Of a stretch of 56,330 nucleotides of DNA, positions 8,894 through 19,649 are shown one piece after another; position 1 is the first letter of the stretch; every line of letters starts with the position of its first letter. The stretch covers positions 1 to 56,330 of the forward strand of contig PWNJ01000120.1 of the NCBI GenBank assembly GCA_003558985.1, read 5' to 3'. This DNA is from a candidate division CSSED10-310 bacterium. Its GTDB lineage: Bacteria; CSSED10-310. The notes beneath the pieces are model-generated. The model was not told the origin of the DNA, did no database searches, and saw nothing but the letters and a program-made list of their open reading frames with translations. The translations under genes were made by a program, and so were the position numbers.

Positions 8894-9315
8894 TCAGCAT
8901 GAAAACTGCAGGAGTTATCAGTCTTATATTTTTGGTGTTCTCCGGGTTAACTGTAACTCAAGCCCAGGAACACCATGATATCTCGACCGCTTTGACTCAG
9001 GCGTTTCGCTCAGGTAATGCAAATGTCCTCAGCCGGTTTTTACCGGCTGAAGGACAGGGTCGGGTTCAAATGGCGATTGTCGGCGTGGGTATCTCCAGCG
9101 GAAATTATTCAGCAAAACAAACAATCGCCCTGCTTCAACAGGCTTTTAGACAATATGAAACAATATCATTCAGGGCTAACACTCGTAGCAGCGCGGTCAG
9201 AGGCGAATGGACTGTGAAACATAAATCTTCAGAGGAACAGAAAACAATTATCATCTATGTGTCCTTTCAGACGAAAAATGGCTCACATATAATTAATTCC
9301 ATACGAGGCAACTAG
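8890..9315 (+). CDS. Secreted protein, DUF4783/NTF2-like
   Basis: Signal peptide (..TQA-Q); AFRSGNA..LSRF and YS..Q....L..F patterns; ATGA overlap with gap. Confidence 0.55.
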   Translation: MISMKTAGVISLIFLVFSGLTVTQAQEHHDISTALTQAFRSGNANVLSRFLPAEGQGRVQMAIVGVGISSGNYSAKQTIALLQQAFRQYETISFRANTRSSAVRGEWTVKHKSSEEQKTIIIYVSFQTKNGSHIINSIRGN

Positions 9316-9337
9316 CTCTGACCGGATAAAACAGCAA

Positions 9338-10186
9338 ATGAAGGTTAAGCCAATCGATTATCTGGAATTATGGCGGACAATCACTGAACGTCACAACTCG
9401 TTCAAACAGTTGTCATCCCCTGAAGATATCTGGAAACATAAGGCAGAAAACTTTGATACCAACGTCAAAAAACGCTGGAAAACTCCTGATTCCAGCCGTG
9501 AATGGTTGCGAAAACTGCTTGAAAACAATCCGGGGTCATCGTTTTTGGACATTGGAGCTGGCACTGGCGCCTGGACCTGTTTCGCCGCACCTTTATGCGA
9601 ATATGTCACAGCCCTTGAACCTTCACAGTCCATGATCAATATCTTATCAGATAACATACAAAAGCATGATCCTGGAAATGTTCATATTATCAAAAAGGCC
9701 TGGCCTGCCAAACTTCAGGACATACATGATATCACGCTCAGCGCACACTCCCTGTATGGGTGTCCCAATTTTGCATCCTGCATCAAAGAAATGAATGATA
9801 TCACCAGTCATACCTGTGTTCTCTTGCTACGCGCTCCATCAATTCATAGTCTGACGGCTGAAATATCGCAAAAAATCTGGGGACATCCCCATGATAGCCC
9901 CAATTTTCAGATCGCATACAATGCATTGCTGCAAATGGGTATTTTCGCTGATGTCATTATTGAAGACAACGCTTTATGGAATCCCTGGGAATATGACAGC
10001 GTTGAGTCTGCTTTTTACGACATCAAAAGAAGAATGGGTGTTCCAGACAAATCCCGTTTTGATACCTGGTTAATGCAGATTCTTCATGCAAAGCTCATTA
10101 AATCCAATGAACGTTATCTGTGGCCTGATACTATTCGCAGCGCGCTGGTGCACTGGCGAACTGATTCCGGGCTGACTGATGTCTGA
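9338..10186 (+). CDS. Class I SAM-dependent methyltransferase
   Basis: Motif I FLDIGAGTG; LEPSQSM. Confidence 0.85.
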   Translation: MKVKPIDYLELWRTITERHNSFKQLSSPEDIWKHKAENFDTNVKKRWKTPDSSREWLRKLLENNPGSSFLDIGAGTGAWTCFAAPLCEYVTALEPSQSMINILSDNIQKHDPGNVHIIKKAWPAKLQDIHDITLSAHSLYGCPNFASCIKEMNDITSHTCVLLLRAPSIHSLTAEISQKIWGHPHDSPNFQIAYNALLQMGIFADVIIEDNALWNPWEYDSVESAFYDIKRRMGVPDKSRFDTWLMQILHAKLIKSNERYLWPDTIRSALVHWRTDSGLTDV

Positions 10187-10187
10187 T

Positions 10188-12044
10188 TTACTCCAAAGCC
10201 AGGCGGATACGCCTGATTTCACCATCTCGCTCAACCCGAAACCGGTAACGAATACTATCCATTCCGGCAAGCATTCGATTCAGGGTGTCCGCAGTCAAGC
10301 CGCTTCCAGGGCGCAGTTTTTCGACCTGAACAATCCGGTCACCGGCCCTGAACCCGGCATCGTACGCAACAGATTCCAATTGGACCGATGCAATTACAAT
10401 CCGGTCGCCATCGCGTTCAGCAGCTTTCATTCCAACGCGATCCAAAGCAAGTCTGCCGTATTTATCAGGATGCTCCAGAATCAGGCGGCTGTTCGGCAGA
10501 TCAAAAAACACTATGAATTGTGAGAACACCTGATTGCCAACCGTAGCTGCCGCATCCATCGTATCCATTAATGTCCTTGTTTCACCACTCATATTCATGG
10601 TTGACACAGGATTACGCACAGTAAAATCGCCGATTGAAACCGACTGAACATTAACAATTTGAATAATCGAAGTGCCGCCAGCGCCAGCCATTTCAATGTC
10701 AGCAACCCCTTCATAGCGATCAAAATGTCCGTGATTTATGAAATATCCTGCATGCAAATGAAGCCCCCCGGCTGCTCCCGTATCCAGCCGAAGTCTGCCT
10801 TCAATATCACCGTCAATAACTCCATCAACATATAACAGATTATTGACCACCTCACCGGGCACAACTGTTCCCGAACCCGTATAATCAAACGTCTCCGGAT
10901 TTAACAAAGTCACTGTTTCGCCCGAATAGTCCAATCTTAAAATCGCTCTGGCAAACAGGTCGAAACCAACAATTCCTTTAAGCTCGTTTTCCAGACCAAG
11001 CATTTGTGAAATGAAATTCAGGTCCATGCAATAAACATTCAGTGTTGAAACAGAAAACTCATCTACAGCCATAGAGTCAACTGTGACACGATCAATCGCC
11101 TCAGCGCCACCAACACCTAACGCATGCATCCCCGAAATGCGTTCAAGCCCCAGTTTGTCAGCATAGGAACAATCCATAATTGTTGCCGCAGCGCCTGAAT
11201 CCAGAAGAAAACTGACCGGTTCACGATTATTAAACGATACATCTACAATCAGATGCTCCCCATGAATCCGCATTGGAACCGTGACGACTCCTGATGCGGG
11301 GAATACGGTGTCATCCATTTCAGACGGTGGCGGGTCAAACAATGACAAATTCACCGGCGGGTTAATTTGAATATCTGTTGTTGTTATTGTTGTTTCTGGC
11401 ATGCCCGGTATTTGTATCTTTTGTACTACCTGAAATGGCAGCGTCAATCCGTTGATGTCACGAAAGTCAGAATAATAAGAAACTATCGGAATACCATCCT
11501 CTTCGGATTCCTCACGTAAACACAGCCACGTTTCAGGATCAAGATACATTCTGACCGGTTTGTTTTGTCCTGGACTTTCAATGACCAAAACATGGTATTC
11601 AACATCATCAACCGTATGAAGCCCGTCATCAGTAACGACGATTTCTTCATTCGGAAACAAATACTGAAATGAGCGCAAAACAGGAGCATATTCGTTCAAA
11701 CGCTGCATATCATCCCGAATAGTCAATTGCCGGTTCTGATCCAGACTCCAGCGCACCAGTCCGTTGGTTGCCGATGTTGCTTCCACCGCAGGCATAACAA
11801 CATGATTCCAGTATTTATCCGGAGCCAGACTGACCGACTGACCAGTCCCCTCCATGAAAAGAATGGACATATGCGTTTCTGTCTGTAACGATGTCAATGA
11901 CATCAGCGCGTCAACCGTTCCAATTGCATCCCGGTGTTTCAGCAACACCTCCGGAAGCTCGTCACACGATGCTAACGGCTGAAACAACACAGAGCCGGCA
12001 AACAACAATAAAAATAAACAATGCTTAAGATATCTCATAACCAT
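10188..12044 (-). CDS. Exported aspartyl protease: N-terminal LolA-like region, two retropepsin-like lobes and C-terminal PDZ
   Basis: Signal peptide (possible lipobox LASC); FLLDSGA..GIVG and LRLDTGA..TVG; PDZ motif SVAYDAGFRAGDRIVQV. Confidence 0.8.
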   Translation of the reverse strand: MVMRYLKHCLFLLLFAGSVLFQPLASCDELPEVLLKHRDAIGTVDALMSLTSLQTETHMSILFMEGTGQSVSLAPDKYWNHVVMPAVEATSATNGLVRWSLDQNRQLTIRDDMQRLNEYAPVLRSFQYLFPNEEIVVTDDGLHTVDDVEYHVLVIESPGQNKPVRMYLDPETWLCLREESEEDGIPIVSYYSDFRDINGLTLPFQVVQKIQIPGMPETTITTTDIQINPPVNLSLFDPPPSEMDDTVFPASGVVTVPMRIHGEHLIVDVSFNNREPVSFLLDSGAAATIMDCSYADKLGLERISGMHALGVGGAEAIDRVTVDSMAVDEFSVSTLNVYCMDLNFISQMLGLENELKGIVGFDLFARAILRLDYSGETVTLLNPETFDYTGSGTVVPGEVVNNLLYVDGVIDGDIEGRLRLDTGAAGGLHLHAGYFINHGHFDRYEGVADIEMAGAGGTSIIQIVNVQSVSIGDFTVRNPVSTMNMSGETRTLMDTMDAAATVGNQVFSQFIVFFDLPNSRLILEHPDKYGRLALDRVGMKAAERDGDRIVIASVQLESVAYDAGFRAGDRIVQVEKLRPGSGLTADTLNRMLAGMDSIRYRFRVERDGEIRRIRLALE

Positions 12045-12108
12045 CTCCCTCTTTCCGTATTTAAATACTTCAAAACAGGTCTGACACTATCAATCCTCCA
12101 GACCGTTT

Positions 12109-13134
12109 TTACAACAATCCCCGGACTTTATACCAGTCCATGGTCTGTTGAATACCATCTTTGAAACGAACTTTGGGTGACCAACCCAGTTCATTTTTGG
12201 CTCGTTGTATTGAATAGGCGCGATTAACAACAAAAAAATCTGCCTTTCGATGATCTACAGGCGGATGACGGTTAAACAACGACCAGATTTTTCCAATCAT
12301 CCATGCTGGTCCTCTTACAGACCATACTGGAGGTCTAAAAGGCAGCAGTGTGACTCCCGCAGTTTCAGCAACGCTTTGGCACAGTTCATTCACGGTCAAT
12401 ATTTCCGGACCGCACAAATGATATACACGTCCTTCGATACCGGATATTTGGGCTGCCTTGATAATACCGTCTATCAGATCATCTATATACACTGGATGTT
12501 GCTTGTTGTCTGCTTTACCGATCACCATAAACCGGCGACGGGCAATCATTCGAAAAAGCCGAACGGTGCGGGTATCGCCCGGACCATAGACCCAGCCGGG
12601 TCGCACAATTACACATGGAAAACCGGTTTTGGCGGCTGTCAGCGCATGTTCCTCACCATCCAGTTTTGTGATTTCGTAAATATCTTTCGGTCGCGGCGGT
12701 GTGCCCTCGTCAGCTCTGATTTTAGGTGGGACAGGCCCCAATACGCCAACACTTGATATGTGCACAAACCGCGTTATGGATGAATGGTTGCGGCAGGTAT
12801 CAATCATGTTTCGAACAGCTTCTGCATTGACCGACCGATATGTTTCCGCTGACAAATGTGCCGGGCCAAGTACCGCCGCTGCATGAAAAACCGTATCAAC
12901 GTTTTCCATGGCCAAATCAAGTGTATCGGGTTTAGTAATATCACCGGGCACAACATTTATTCCAGCGCTGCGTAACTGATCAGCTATTGGGGATTGGGGA
13001 TTTCTGAGCAATGCTTTTACAGACACATGTTCAGCTTGTGACAGTTTCAGTGACAGATGTGACCCAACAAATCCGCTTGCTCCGGTAACCAGACATGTTT
13101 TGATGTCACGTATTTCCGAAAGGGTGTCACTCAT
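12109..13134 (-). CDS. NAD-dependent epimerase/dehydratase (extended SDR)
   Basis: TGASGFVG, FHAAA, YEITK (YxxxK), RPGWVYGPG. Confidence 0.9.
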   Translation of the reverse strand: MSDTLSEIRDIKTCLVTGASGFVGSHLSLKLSQAEHVSVKALLRNPQSPIADQLRSAGINVVPGDITKPDTLDLAMENVDTVFHAAAVLGPAHLSAETYRSVNAEAVRNMIDTCRNHSSITRFVHISSVGVLGPVPPKIRADEGTPPRPKDIYEITKLDGEEHALTAAKTGFPCVIVRPGWVYGPGDTRTVRLFRMIARRRFMVIGKADNKQHPVYIDDLIDGIIKAAQISGIEGRVYHLCGPEILTVNELCQSVAETAGVTLLPFRPPVWSVRGPAWMIGKIWSLFNRHPPVDHRKADFFVVNRAYSIQRAKNELGWSPKVRFKDGIQQTMDWYKVRGLL

Positions 13135-14141
13135 TGGCTGGAATCCTTGCTCGGAGCTACCGGAATTACCGGCTGACGTTTTTTCCTGAATGAATAATAA
13201 ATACCGCCGAACAACGCCAGAAATATTTGTACCAGCCAGCCAAGCTCGGCAAAAGCAACAGCAGAAGGTTCGGCAATCCCAAGAAAACCGAACGTGGCCA
13301 CATCAAACCATTCTCTTAAACCAATTGCATTAATTGTCAGCGGAAACATCAGTGTGATAGCTCGAATCGGAATAATGACAAGAAAAAACGCAACGCTTAT
13401 GTCCAGGCCAAGCGCTTTTGCCAGGAACCAGTAATGAAGAATATAGTTCATTTGAAGAAGAATACCCCAGAAAAGCGCATGCGCCAGAGCGCCGGGTGTT
13501 TTGGCATAAATGCGAAATGCCGAATAGACAAGTTTCAGTTTTTGAAGAATTTTATCCGGGACATGACAGTGTTTCAAAATGCTAATAACAATAGATTCCA
13601 GCTTTGGATGCAGAACGAACGGTCCTGTCACAAGAATAAGGAAAAAAACAACAATACCAATGTAAACTCCCGGAATACGAGCCATATAGTCAAAACCGAT
13701 ATCAATTTGCATCAGCAGTACAACCGATGCAATCATGAGCATGGTCAGCATACCGGTGATTCGTTCAACAAGTATAACGGCGGTGGGTTGAATGGCAGAC
13801 CCATGATCACGCGAAGTATCATATATTCTAACCAGATCACCGCCCACGCGTGTCGGCAAAAACATGTTAAAAAAGTGACCAACCACATAGTATGAAAACA
13901 AACGGGTAATGGGTTGATAAATACCCTGTGCCTTCAGCAGGACTTTCCATCGACAGGATGAAAAGACCAAACCAACAAGGTGAAGTAATGCGCCCATCGC
14001 CAGCCATCCAAAATGTATTCCGGCAAATTCAGCCAGCACTTCAGAAATATTGACGCGCGTCATTAACAGCCATGCAATCAGGCCACCACTAAAAAATATT
14101 TTGGCACACATTAGTATGATACGACGTTTGCTAAAACTCAT
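13131..14141 (-). CDS. Flippase-like / lysylphosphatidylglycerol synthase TM-domain protein (UPF0104)
   Basis: Multi-TM; RWKVLL, FFNMFLPTRVGGD..R, ERITG, P.TINAIGLRE. Confidence 0.85.
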   Translation of the reverse strand: MSFSKRRIILMCAKIFFSGGLIAWLLMTRVNISEVLAEFAGIHFGWLAMGALLHLVGLVFSSCRWKVLLKAQGIYQPITRLFSYYVVGHFFNMFLPTRVGGDLVRIYDTSRDHGSAIQPTAVILVERITGMLTMLMIASVVLLMQIDIGFDYMARIPGVYIGIVVFFLILVTGPFVLHPKLESIVISILKHCHVPDKILQKLKLVYSAFRIYAKTPGALAHALFWGILLQMNYILHYWFLAKALGLDISVAFFLVIIPIRAITLMFPLTINAIGLREWFDVATFGFLGIAEPSAVAFAELGWLVQIFLALFGGIYYSFRKKRQPVIPVAPSKDSSQ

Positions 14142-14143
14142 GA

Positions 14144-14956
14144 TTAATCGTTTCCATCAGATTTCTCAGATGCATTCCTTCGGTCCCGAATAATACGAGC
14201 CGGGCTTCCAGCAGCAAGGTGCCAGTCGGGAATATCTTTTGTTACCAGCGAGCCGGCGCCGACAACAACACCCCGGCCAATATTGCATCCGTCAAGTATT
14301 CTTACTCCGGCGCCAAGCCAGATGTCTTCATTCATTACAATTCCTTTTACATGCGAGCCCTGCTGAACAATGGGTATATCAATCCTGTCAAAGTCATGGT
14401 TGCCACCGCCAATAACATAACAGTATGCCGCCCATAAATTGTTTTTCCCGATCACAACGGATTTTTCCGAATGGATCATACAATTCAAACTGATGTTTGA
14501 ATTGTCGCCGATCTCTATATCGCCTCCCTTACAGGAAATGACCGAATTGCGGGCGATCACAACATTGTTTCCTATCGTAATACCCTTATTGTCAATGCCT
14601 TTGGCATCCAGAACAACAAGATCGTCAAAAATACAATTGTCTCCTATACATATCTTGTCCGGATGACGTATGGTCATATTTCTTCCAAATACAACACCCC
14701 GGCCTACATGCCCCAGCAGCCTGGGATACAGCAATTTCCGGAAAAAATATCCCGGCGCTCCTGGCGTTGCATTGCAAAGCCACATAATGAATTCGTATTT
14801 AAACAATTTCCAGAATCCACGCGTTCCAATAACCATCTCACGGTATTTCTGAAGCGCGGAACGACGTTTATCAGTCAATGACGCCTGAAGCTCTGTTTTG
14901 GCTTCATCCTGTTCTTTGCCGTTTGAGCTGTTAGCAATTTTTTGCTTGTTTGACAT
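14144..14956 (-). CDS. Hexapeptide-repeat (left-handed beta-helix) acyltransferase
   Basis: Repeated IGDN/IGNN/IGKN, IWLGAG, GSPARII; start moved to 14956 after RBS GGAGG. Confidence 0.88.
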   Translation of the reverse strand: MSNKQKIANSSNGKEQDEAKTELQASLTDKRRSALQKYREMVIGTRGFWKLFKYEFIMWLCNATPGAPGYFFRKLLYPRLLGHVGRGVVFGRNMTIRHPDKICIGDNCIFDDLVVLDAKGIDNKGITIGNNVVIARNSVISCKGGDIEIGDNSNISLNCMIHSEKSVVIGKNNLWAAYCYVIGGGNHDFDRIDIPIVQQGSHVKGIVMNEDIWLGAGVRILDGCNIGRGVVVGAGSLVTKDIPDWHLAAGSPARIIRDRRNASEKSDGND

Positions 14957-14998
14957 ACTCACCTCCATAAAAACACCGAGGTCGTTGATAAGGGATTA

Positions 14999-16171
14999 TT
15001 ACTGCAAATCAACTAAAGAATCCAGCATAGCTTTCAGTTTTTGACAATATGCAGTCCAACTGTAATGCGTCTTCTCAAGCTGAATTGCGTTTTCAGCCAG
15101 TCTGGAACGCAAATCAGCATCATTGTACAATAGCCATAACCCTTTTTCGAGCGCATCCGGCTCCGGTTTAACCAGGACAGCGGTATCATGATCAAGAACC
15201 TGAGTATGCGTCAACAAATCAGTTGCAAGTATGGGCACTCCCGATTTTAGATAACTATATATTTTCAATGGAGTATTTGTGCCGACGCAACGCGGTGAGA
15301 CCAGTATATCACAGGCCGCAGTAACAGCAGATATTTTTTCAGGCGGCAGAGCGCCGGGCAAGACTGTCCTGTCTTCAATATCCATTTGACTGCAAACGTT
15401 TCGGAATGATTCAACCTGTTCTGGTGTGCCACCGACGAAAAACAGCTTTGCGTCAGGCATTCGATCTTTAACCCGGGCGAACGCCTGCGCCATCATATCC
15501 AGACCCTGATTAACTTCAAATGTACCCGTATATCCAATTACAAATGCGTTTTTCAATCCATGTCGGGCTCGAACTGCCTTAACATCTTCTTGTGTTGGAG
15601 CATCTCCCTGTTGCTGAGCCATGTTTTCGATCACATGTACATTGGTATCCGGATATGCTTTCAACGCGATATCTTTTAAATGAGGGCAAATTGCAATCAC
15701 AGCATGGCTGCGTTGCAAAATAACTTTTTCTGCCCAGCGCATAAATGCAATAACCGGACGTGACCCGGATGTTTTGTAGTTTTCAAATTGCTGCGGCAGA
15801 CTGGAATGCATATCGTAAACATGCGGGACACGAAAAAGTGGACTGAGAACTGCGCCGATCATACCTGCTTCTTCGTGAGTATGGATCAGGTCATATCTTG
15901 TTCGGTGCAGCGCCATAAATGCTTTAAGAAACAGTAGCGCATCCAGCGGAATTTTCTGCCATGAAAACCCGATTTTCACATCGTTAATACCCGGAATTTT
16001 TCGTACTCTGTGAATTGTAACACCGGAAGAATAAAAATCATCTCCAAACGGATACGTCAGCAAATCCGTCTGATGTCCCAGTTCCGACAACCCCCTGCAT
16101 CTGTCTCTGACACTGAACGGTGTTCCACGTACTCTAAACACCGGTTCCGGGGCAATCATAAGTATCTTCAT
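14999..16171 (-). CDS. Glycosyltransferase family 4
   Basis: MKILMIAP start, YTGTF...QG, DILVSPR..GTNTPLKIYSYL..G.PI.AT; ATG overlaps the upstream stop. Confidence 0.88.
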   Translation of the reverse strand: MKILMIAPEPVFRVRGTPFSVRDRCRGLSELGHQTDLLTYPFGDDFYSSGVTIHRVRKIPGINDVKIGFSWQKIPLDALLFLKAFMALHRTRYDLIHTHEEAGMIGAVLSPLFRVPHVYDMHSSLPQQFENYKTSGSRPVIAFMRWAEKVILQRSHAVIAICPHLKDIALKAYPDTNVHVIENMAQQQGDAPTQEDVKAVRARHGLKNAFVIGYTGTFEVNQGLDMMAQAFARVKDRMPDAKLFFVGGTPEQVESFRNVCSQMDIEDRTVLPGALPPEKISAVTAACDILVSPRCVGTNTPLKIYSYLKSGVPILATDLLTHTQVLDHDTAVLVKPEPDALEKGLWLLYNDADLRSRLAENAIQLEKTHYSWTAYCQKLKAMLDSLVDLQ

Positions 16172-16944
16172 TGCAGACATTTCCTGCGTCTGGCAATCAC
16201 CGTGACCGGTGCGCCAAACAAATCCCGAAAGCCGGCTTTGGCAAGAACAGATTCGGAAACGGCGGTAAATCCTGAGGAGTTAACAAAACGGTGAAGTCCG
16301 AAAGGTAAAACCAGATGTTTGTCCATAGCAGTAACAACATAATCTTCTGCGTAAAGCGCACTGGTAATGTCGCTGATGTTAAAAACACGATACGATTGAT
16401 GATTTTTTCTGAATGGACGCACCAGATGATGCACAATGGGCGCAAACCCGGCCAGACCGCATTTGGGGGGGAAATCGAGTATGACGGTATTCCGGCTGAC
16501 CCGGCATATTTCTGATAATGTCTGCCGCCAGTTCACAACATGCATGATCAGACGAAATGTTATCACTGTATCAAAAGACTTGTCAGGAAATGGAAGAGTA
16601 TGCGCATCTATTTGGGCCAATTCCAGCGGAATACCCTGAAGAAAGGATTTTTCCTGAATGATAGACAGCATTTTTTCAGATGCATCAGCCGCCAGAACAG
16701 AAGCGCCCAAACGACTTAATGGCAACGCTGTCCTGCCGGTTCCCGCCCCCAGGTCCAGAATACGGCTGCCGGACGGATTATCAATATGTTTCAGAACAAA
16801 TGACAGTTGATGTTCAGCTATGTATCGACCGAAACTGCCACCAAACCGCATTGCATCAAAATTACGTGTGATTGAATCAGTTTGATAGGCGGTATAACTG
16901 TAATGTGTACGATCAGTTTTATTAGTATCTATTGCAGCAGCCAT
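16168..16944 (-). CDS. Class I SAM-dependent methyltransferase (Methyltransf_11-like)
   Basis: ILDLGAGTG, DAHTLPFPDKSFD, EICRV. Confidence 0.88.
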   Translation of the reverse strand: MAAAIDTNKTDRTHYSYTAYQTDSITRNFDAMRFGGSFGRYIAEHQLSFVLKHIDNPSGSRILDLGAGTGRTALPLSRLGASVLAADASEKMLSIIQEKSFLQGIPLELAQIDAHTLPFPDKSFDTVITFRLIMHVVNWRQTLSEICRVSRNTVILDFPPKCGLAGFAPIVHHLVRPFRKNHQSYRVFNISDITSALYAEDYVVTAMDKHLVLPFGLHRFVNSSGFTAVSESVLAKAGFRDLFGAPVTVIARRRKCLQ

Positions 16945-18263
16945 TAAACCGTATCCTGTGATGGTTGTTTGTTTGGCCCGGACCTGTTTTTCCTGTTTGA
17001 ATAATGACGATTTCCACGCCGACGGTTTTTACGTCGGGGTCTGAAATTCAATATCCGTAAAAGATGATCCTGTTCTTTTGAAGACAAATCTGAACTGAGT
17101 ATTCTTGAGCGCCACTTGTCACGATTGCTCTGCCAGTTACCATCATCCAAAGGCAGATATAGCGATGCCAGCGCCAGAGACTCTTCAAAGAAAACTCGTT
17201 TAATAAATGATGACGGCCTGAAACGTTTATGTTTTTTTGACTGAAACCAGCGTTGAGCAATACAAATCTGGGTTATTCTGTCAAAAAATCTGCGCGGTAA
17301 CTGAAACCTGGAGGCAAATGGTTGCAGCGTATCTTCAACTTCTTTCCGCAAATGCTCACCAGATTGAAAACCGGAGGTTGCCTCTTCAACCGCAGGTAAA
17401 AAAAGCGCAGCAAGCAAGACCGGAGGTGTTCTGGGGAAATTGTTTTGAGTGGCATTATCCAGAGCATTCAGAATAGCTGATGACCGTTTTTCTTTTTCAG
17501 AATTTGTCCAGTGTTCCAGTATTTCCGGAAATATCACCTGCATCAACCCTGTGTCGCGAAGCATTTTAATACTGGAATCAGCAGCGTTATATCTAAGAAG
17601 CTGAAGGATTTCTTCCAGATTACGGGCTTTGGCACACCGAAGTACCTGATCACCATATTTATGAATCGACGAAACAACATCCCGGGCGGGTGTGAATCCG
17701 GTTCGACCACTGATACGAACCGCCCGAACCATGCGAACCGGATCCTCCTGAAAACGAATACAGGGATCACCAATACAACGCAACGTTCGGGTTTCCAGGT
17801 CTTTCAATCCACCCACATAATCAATAATCGAATAATCAGCAATATTGTAAAATAATCCGTTGATTGTGAAATCACGGCGTTTTGCATCTTCATAAGGTGT
17901 GCCAAATTCATTTTCGCGACGAAGCATCAGATCGTTTTCATTGTCAGAGCCGTTATTCTCCGGACAGCGCCTGAATGTTGATGTTTCAATGTATTTATTT
18001 CGAAATATTACATGCACCAGACGAAAACGGCGACCCACAAGATAGGCATTTTTAAAAAGATGTTTGATTTGATTAGGCCGGGCATCGGTTACCACATCAA
18101 AATCTTTTGGGTTTCGGCCCAGAAGCAGATCTCGCACACTACCGCCCACCAAATATGCAAGGTACCCATGCTGATGTAAACGATACAGAACCTTTAACGC
18201 ATCATTATCAATATTTGCCCGGGATACTGGATGCTTGCTTCGCGGTAATATGACTGGATCCAT
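16944..18263 (-). CDS. pcnB: Poly(A) polymerase I
   Basis: VGGSVRD..LG..PKDFD, PAP-specific LVGRRFRLVHV, RRDFTINGL, EDPVRM; Arg-rich tail. Confidence 0.92.
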   Translation of the reverse strand: MDPVILPRSKHPVSRANIDNDALKVLYRLHQHGYLAYLVGGSVRDLLLGRNPKDFDVVTDARPNQIKHLFKNAYLVGRRFRLVHVIFRNKYIETSTFRRCPENNGSDNENDLMLRRENEFGTPYEDAKRRDFTINGLFYNIADYSIIDYVGGLKDLETRTLRCIGDPCIRFQEDPVRMVRAVRISGRTGFTPARDVVSSIHKYGDQVLRCAKARNLEEILQLLRYNAADSSIKMLRDTGLMQVIFPEILEHWTNSEKEKRSSAILNALDNATQNNFPRTPPVLLAALFLPAVEEATSGFQSGEHLRKEVEDTLQPFASRFQLPRRFFDRITQICIAQRWFQSKKHKRFRPSSFIKRVFFEESLALASLYLPLDDGNWQSNRDKWRSRILSSDLSSKEQDHLLRILNFRPRRKNRRRGNRHYSNRKNRSGPNKQPSQDTV

Positions 18264-18272
18264 TAATAAGAG

Positions 18273-19649
18273 TTACTCCTGAGCGCCGTCGTTAACCAAT
18301 AAAGTCAGCCGGCTTTGTTGCTGTATGATCAATCGATCTCCCCGTACTGTCGCGTTTTCCAAGTGGACCTGGTCATACCGGGCCAGATCCATAAAGAGTC
18401 TATTGTAATCGGAAACATGTTTTTTTTCCAGCGATGCCACCAGCATTTGTTTCTGCTGACTGAAATAACCACATAAATATACTTCAAACCTGCCTTTATG
18501 ATGGATTACATCCGATACTACCCGGCATGTTACTGATGGAATAACATGTTCAGGTCCCTGTTCATGGACCGCAGATATTGTTCTCGGTAATGCATCTGAA
18601 TCCGATAGCGTTCCCTTCTGGCGTGCAGACTCCGGTTTTCTTAATACAAAAACAGAAAAGTTCAAAAGGTTTTTCTTCATTCCGGTCAGCCGGTCTATAT
18701 CAGTTATATGATCTGGAGCTGTCCAGGTCAGCCGGTGATGACACCAATCACGTTTACGGAACAGCATCGGACAGGGATAATGTCCCGGACAGGGATATAA
18801 AACAGTCCAGCCAAGCTGTATCAACCGGTTGCGAATATCTTCAAGACAACGTGAAATTTGTTTCCGGGCCGGCTCCAGAAGCAATGCAAATCCACCCGGC
18901 CTGACAAATTGATCAACCAATACATGAAACTGCTCGCGAGCGTCTTCCGATAATTCTGATACCACATTTGATGCGGTCAGCAGATCAAATTCAACCGGTA
19001 ATATCAGCGCTTTAGAAGATGATGATTGATTGCTTTCGGAAAACAATCCCGATTCAGAAAGAACCCTCTGTAAATTTTCTGTGTTTCGAATTATTCGCTC
19101 CAGATTAATCGACCGAAAATACTCATCTCCACAGATTGACAGGTCATGCTTGAAATACTGCACTAATTTTTGGGCTAATGATAAAAAACCCGGGGAATGG
19201 TCAAGACCCGCCAAAGATATATCAGAAGTCTCCCCAGACAGTTTTCGGGCAATCAGACTTCCCAGCAACGCTGTGCCGGGCCCGGTACCAATATCCAGAA
19301 TCCGGTTAACCGTATTCCAGGTGATCCCCGAGAGTTCAAAACTGTCAATTATCTTTGGGATATTGACCGGTAAATAGTATCCCGCATATGCCGCTTGAAA
19401 ATGACTGTCTGATCCATACATGCCGGTCTGAGCTGCATGTTCAATACAATGGTCCTGACTCTTGTACGAAAGACTGTCGTTCAGATTTAAAAAATAATCA
19501 CTGAGCATTTTAACCGATATCGACTGTTTCTGACTCTCAATTTTGTTGAAGCCAGACATATTCAGAATTGCGTGAATCCATTTGTCCGGCCATGTAAAAC
19601 TTGTTTTTCTTACTCGGCTTTTTTTGAATTTAACATTCGTCATATGCAA
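18273..19649 (-). CDS. Rsm22/METTL17-like SAM methyltransferase
   Basis: AYAGYYLP.N, LDIGTGPGT, NVVSEL, LLEPA, PCPGHYPCP...WCH. Confidence 0.8.
   Translation of the reverse strand: MHMTNVKFKKSRVRKTSFTWPDKWIHAILNMSGFNKIESQKQSISVKMLSDYFLNLNDSLSYKSQDHCIEHAAQTGMYGSDSHFQAAYAGYYLPVNIPKIIDSFELSGITWNTVNRILDIGTGPGTALLGSLIARKLSGETSDISLAGLDHSPGFLSLAQKLVQYFKHDLSICGDEYFRSINLERIIRNTENLQRVLSESGLFSESNQSSSSKALILPVEFDLLTASNVVSELSEDAREQFHVLVDQFVRPGGFALLLEPARKQISRCLEDIRNRLIQLGWTVLYPCPGHYPCPMLFRKRDWCHHRLTWTAPDHITDIDRLTGMKKNLLNFSVFVLRKPESARQKGTLSDSDALPRTISAVHEQGPEHVIPSVTCRVVSDVIHHKGRFEVYLCGYFSQQKQMLVASLEKKHVSDYNRLFMDLARYDQVHLENATVRGDRLIIQQQSRLTLLVNDGAQE

Noticed and set aside
16944-18263. CCA-adding enzyme (the tRNAs here lack encoded CCA)
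   Set aside because: The poly(A)-polymerase-specific GRRF.L.HV signature is present
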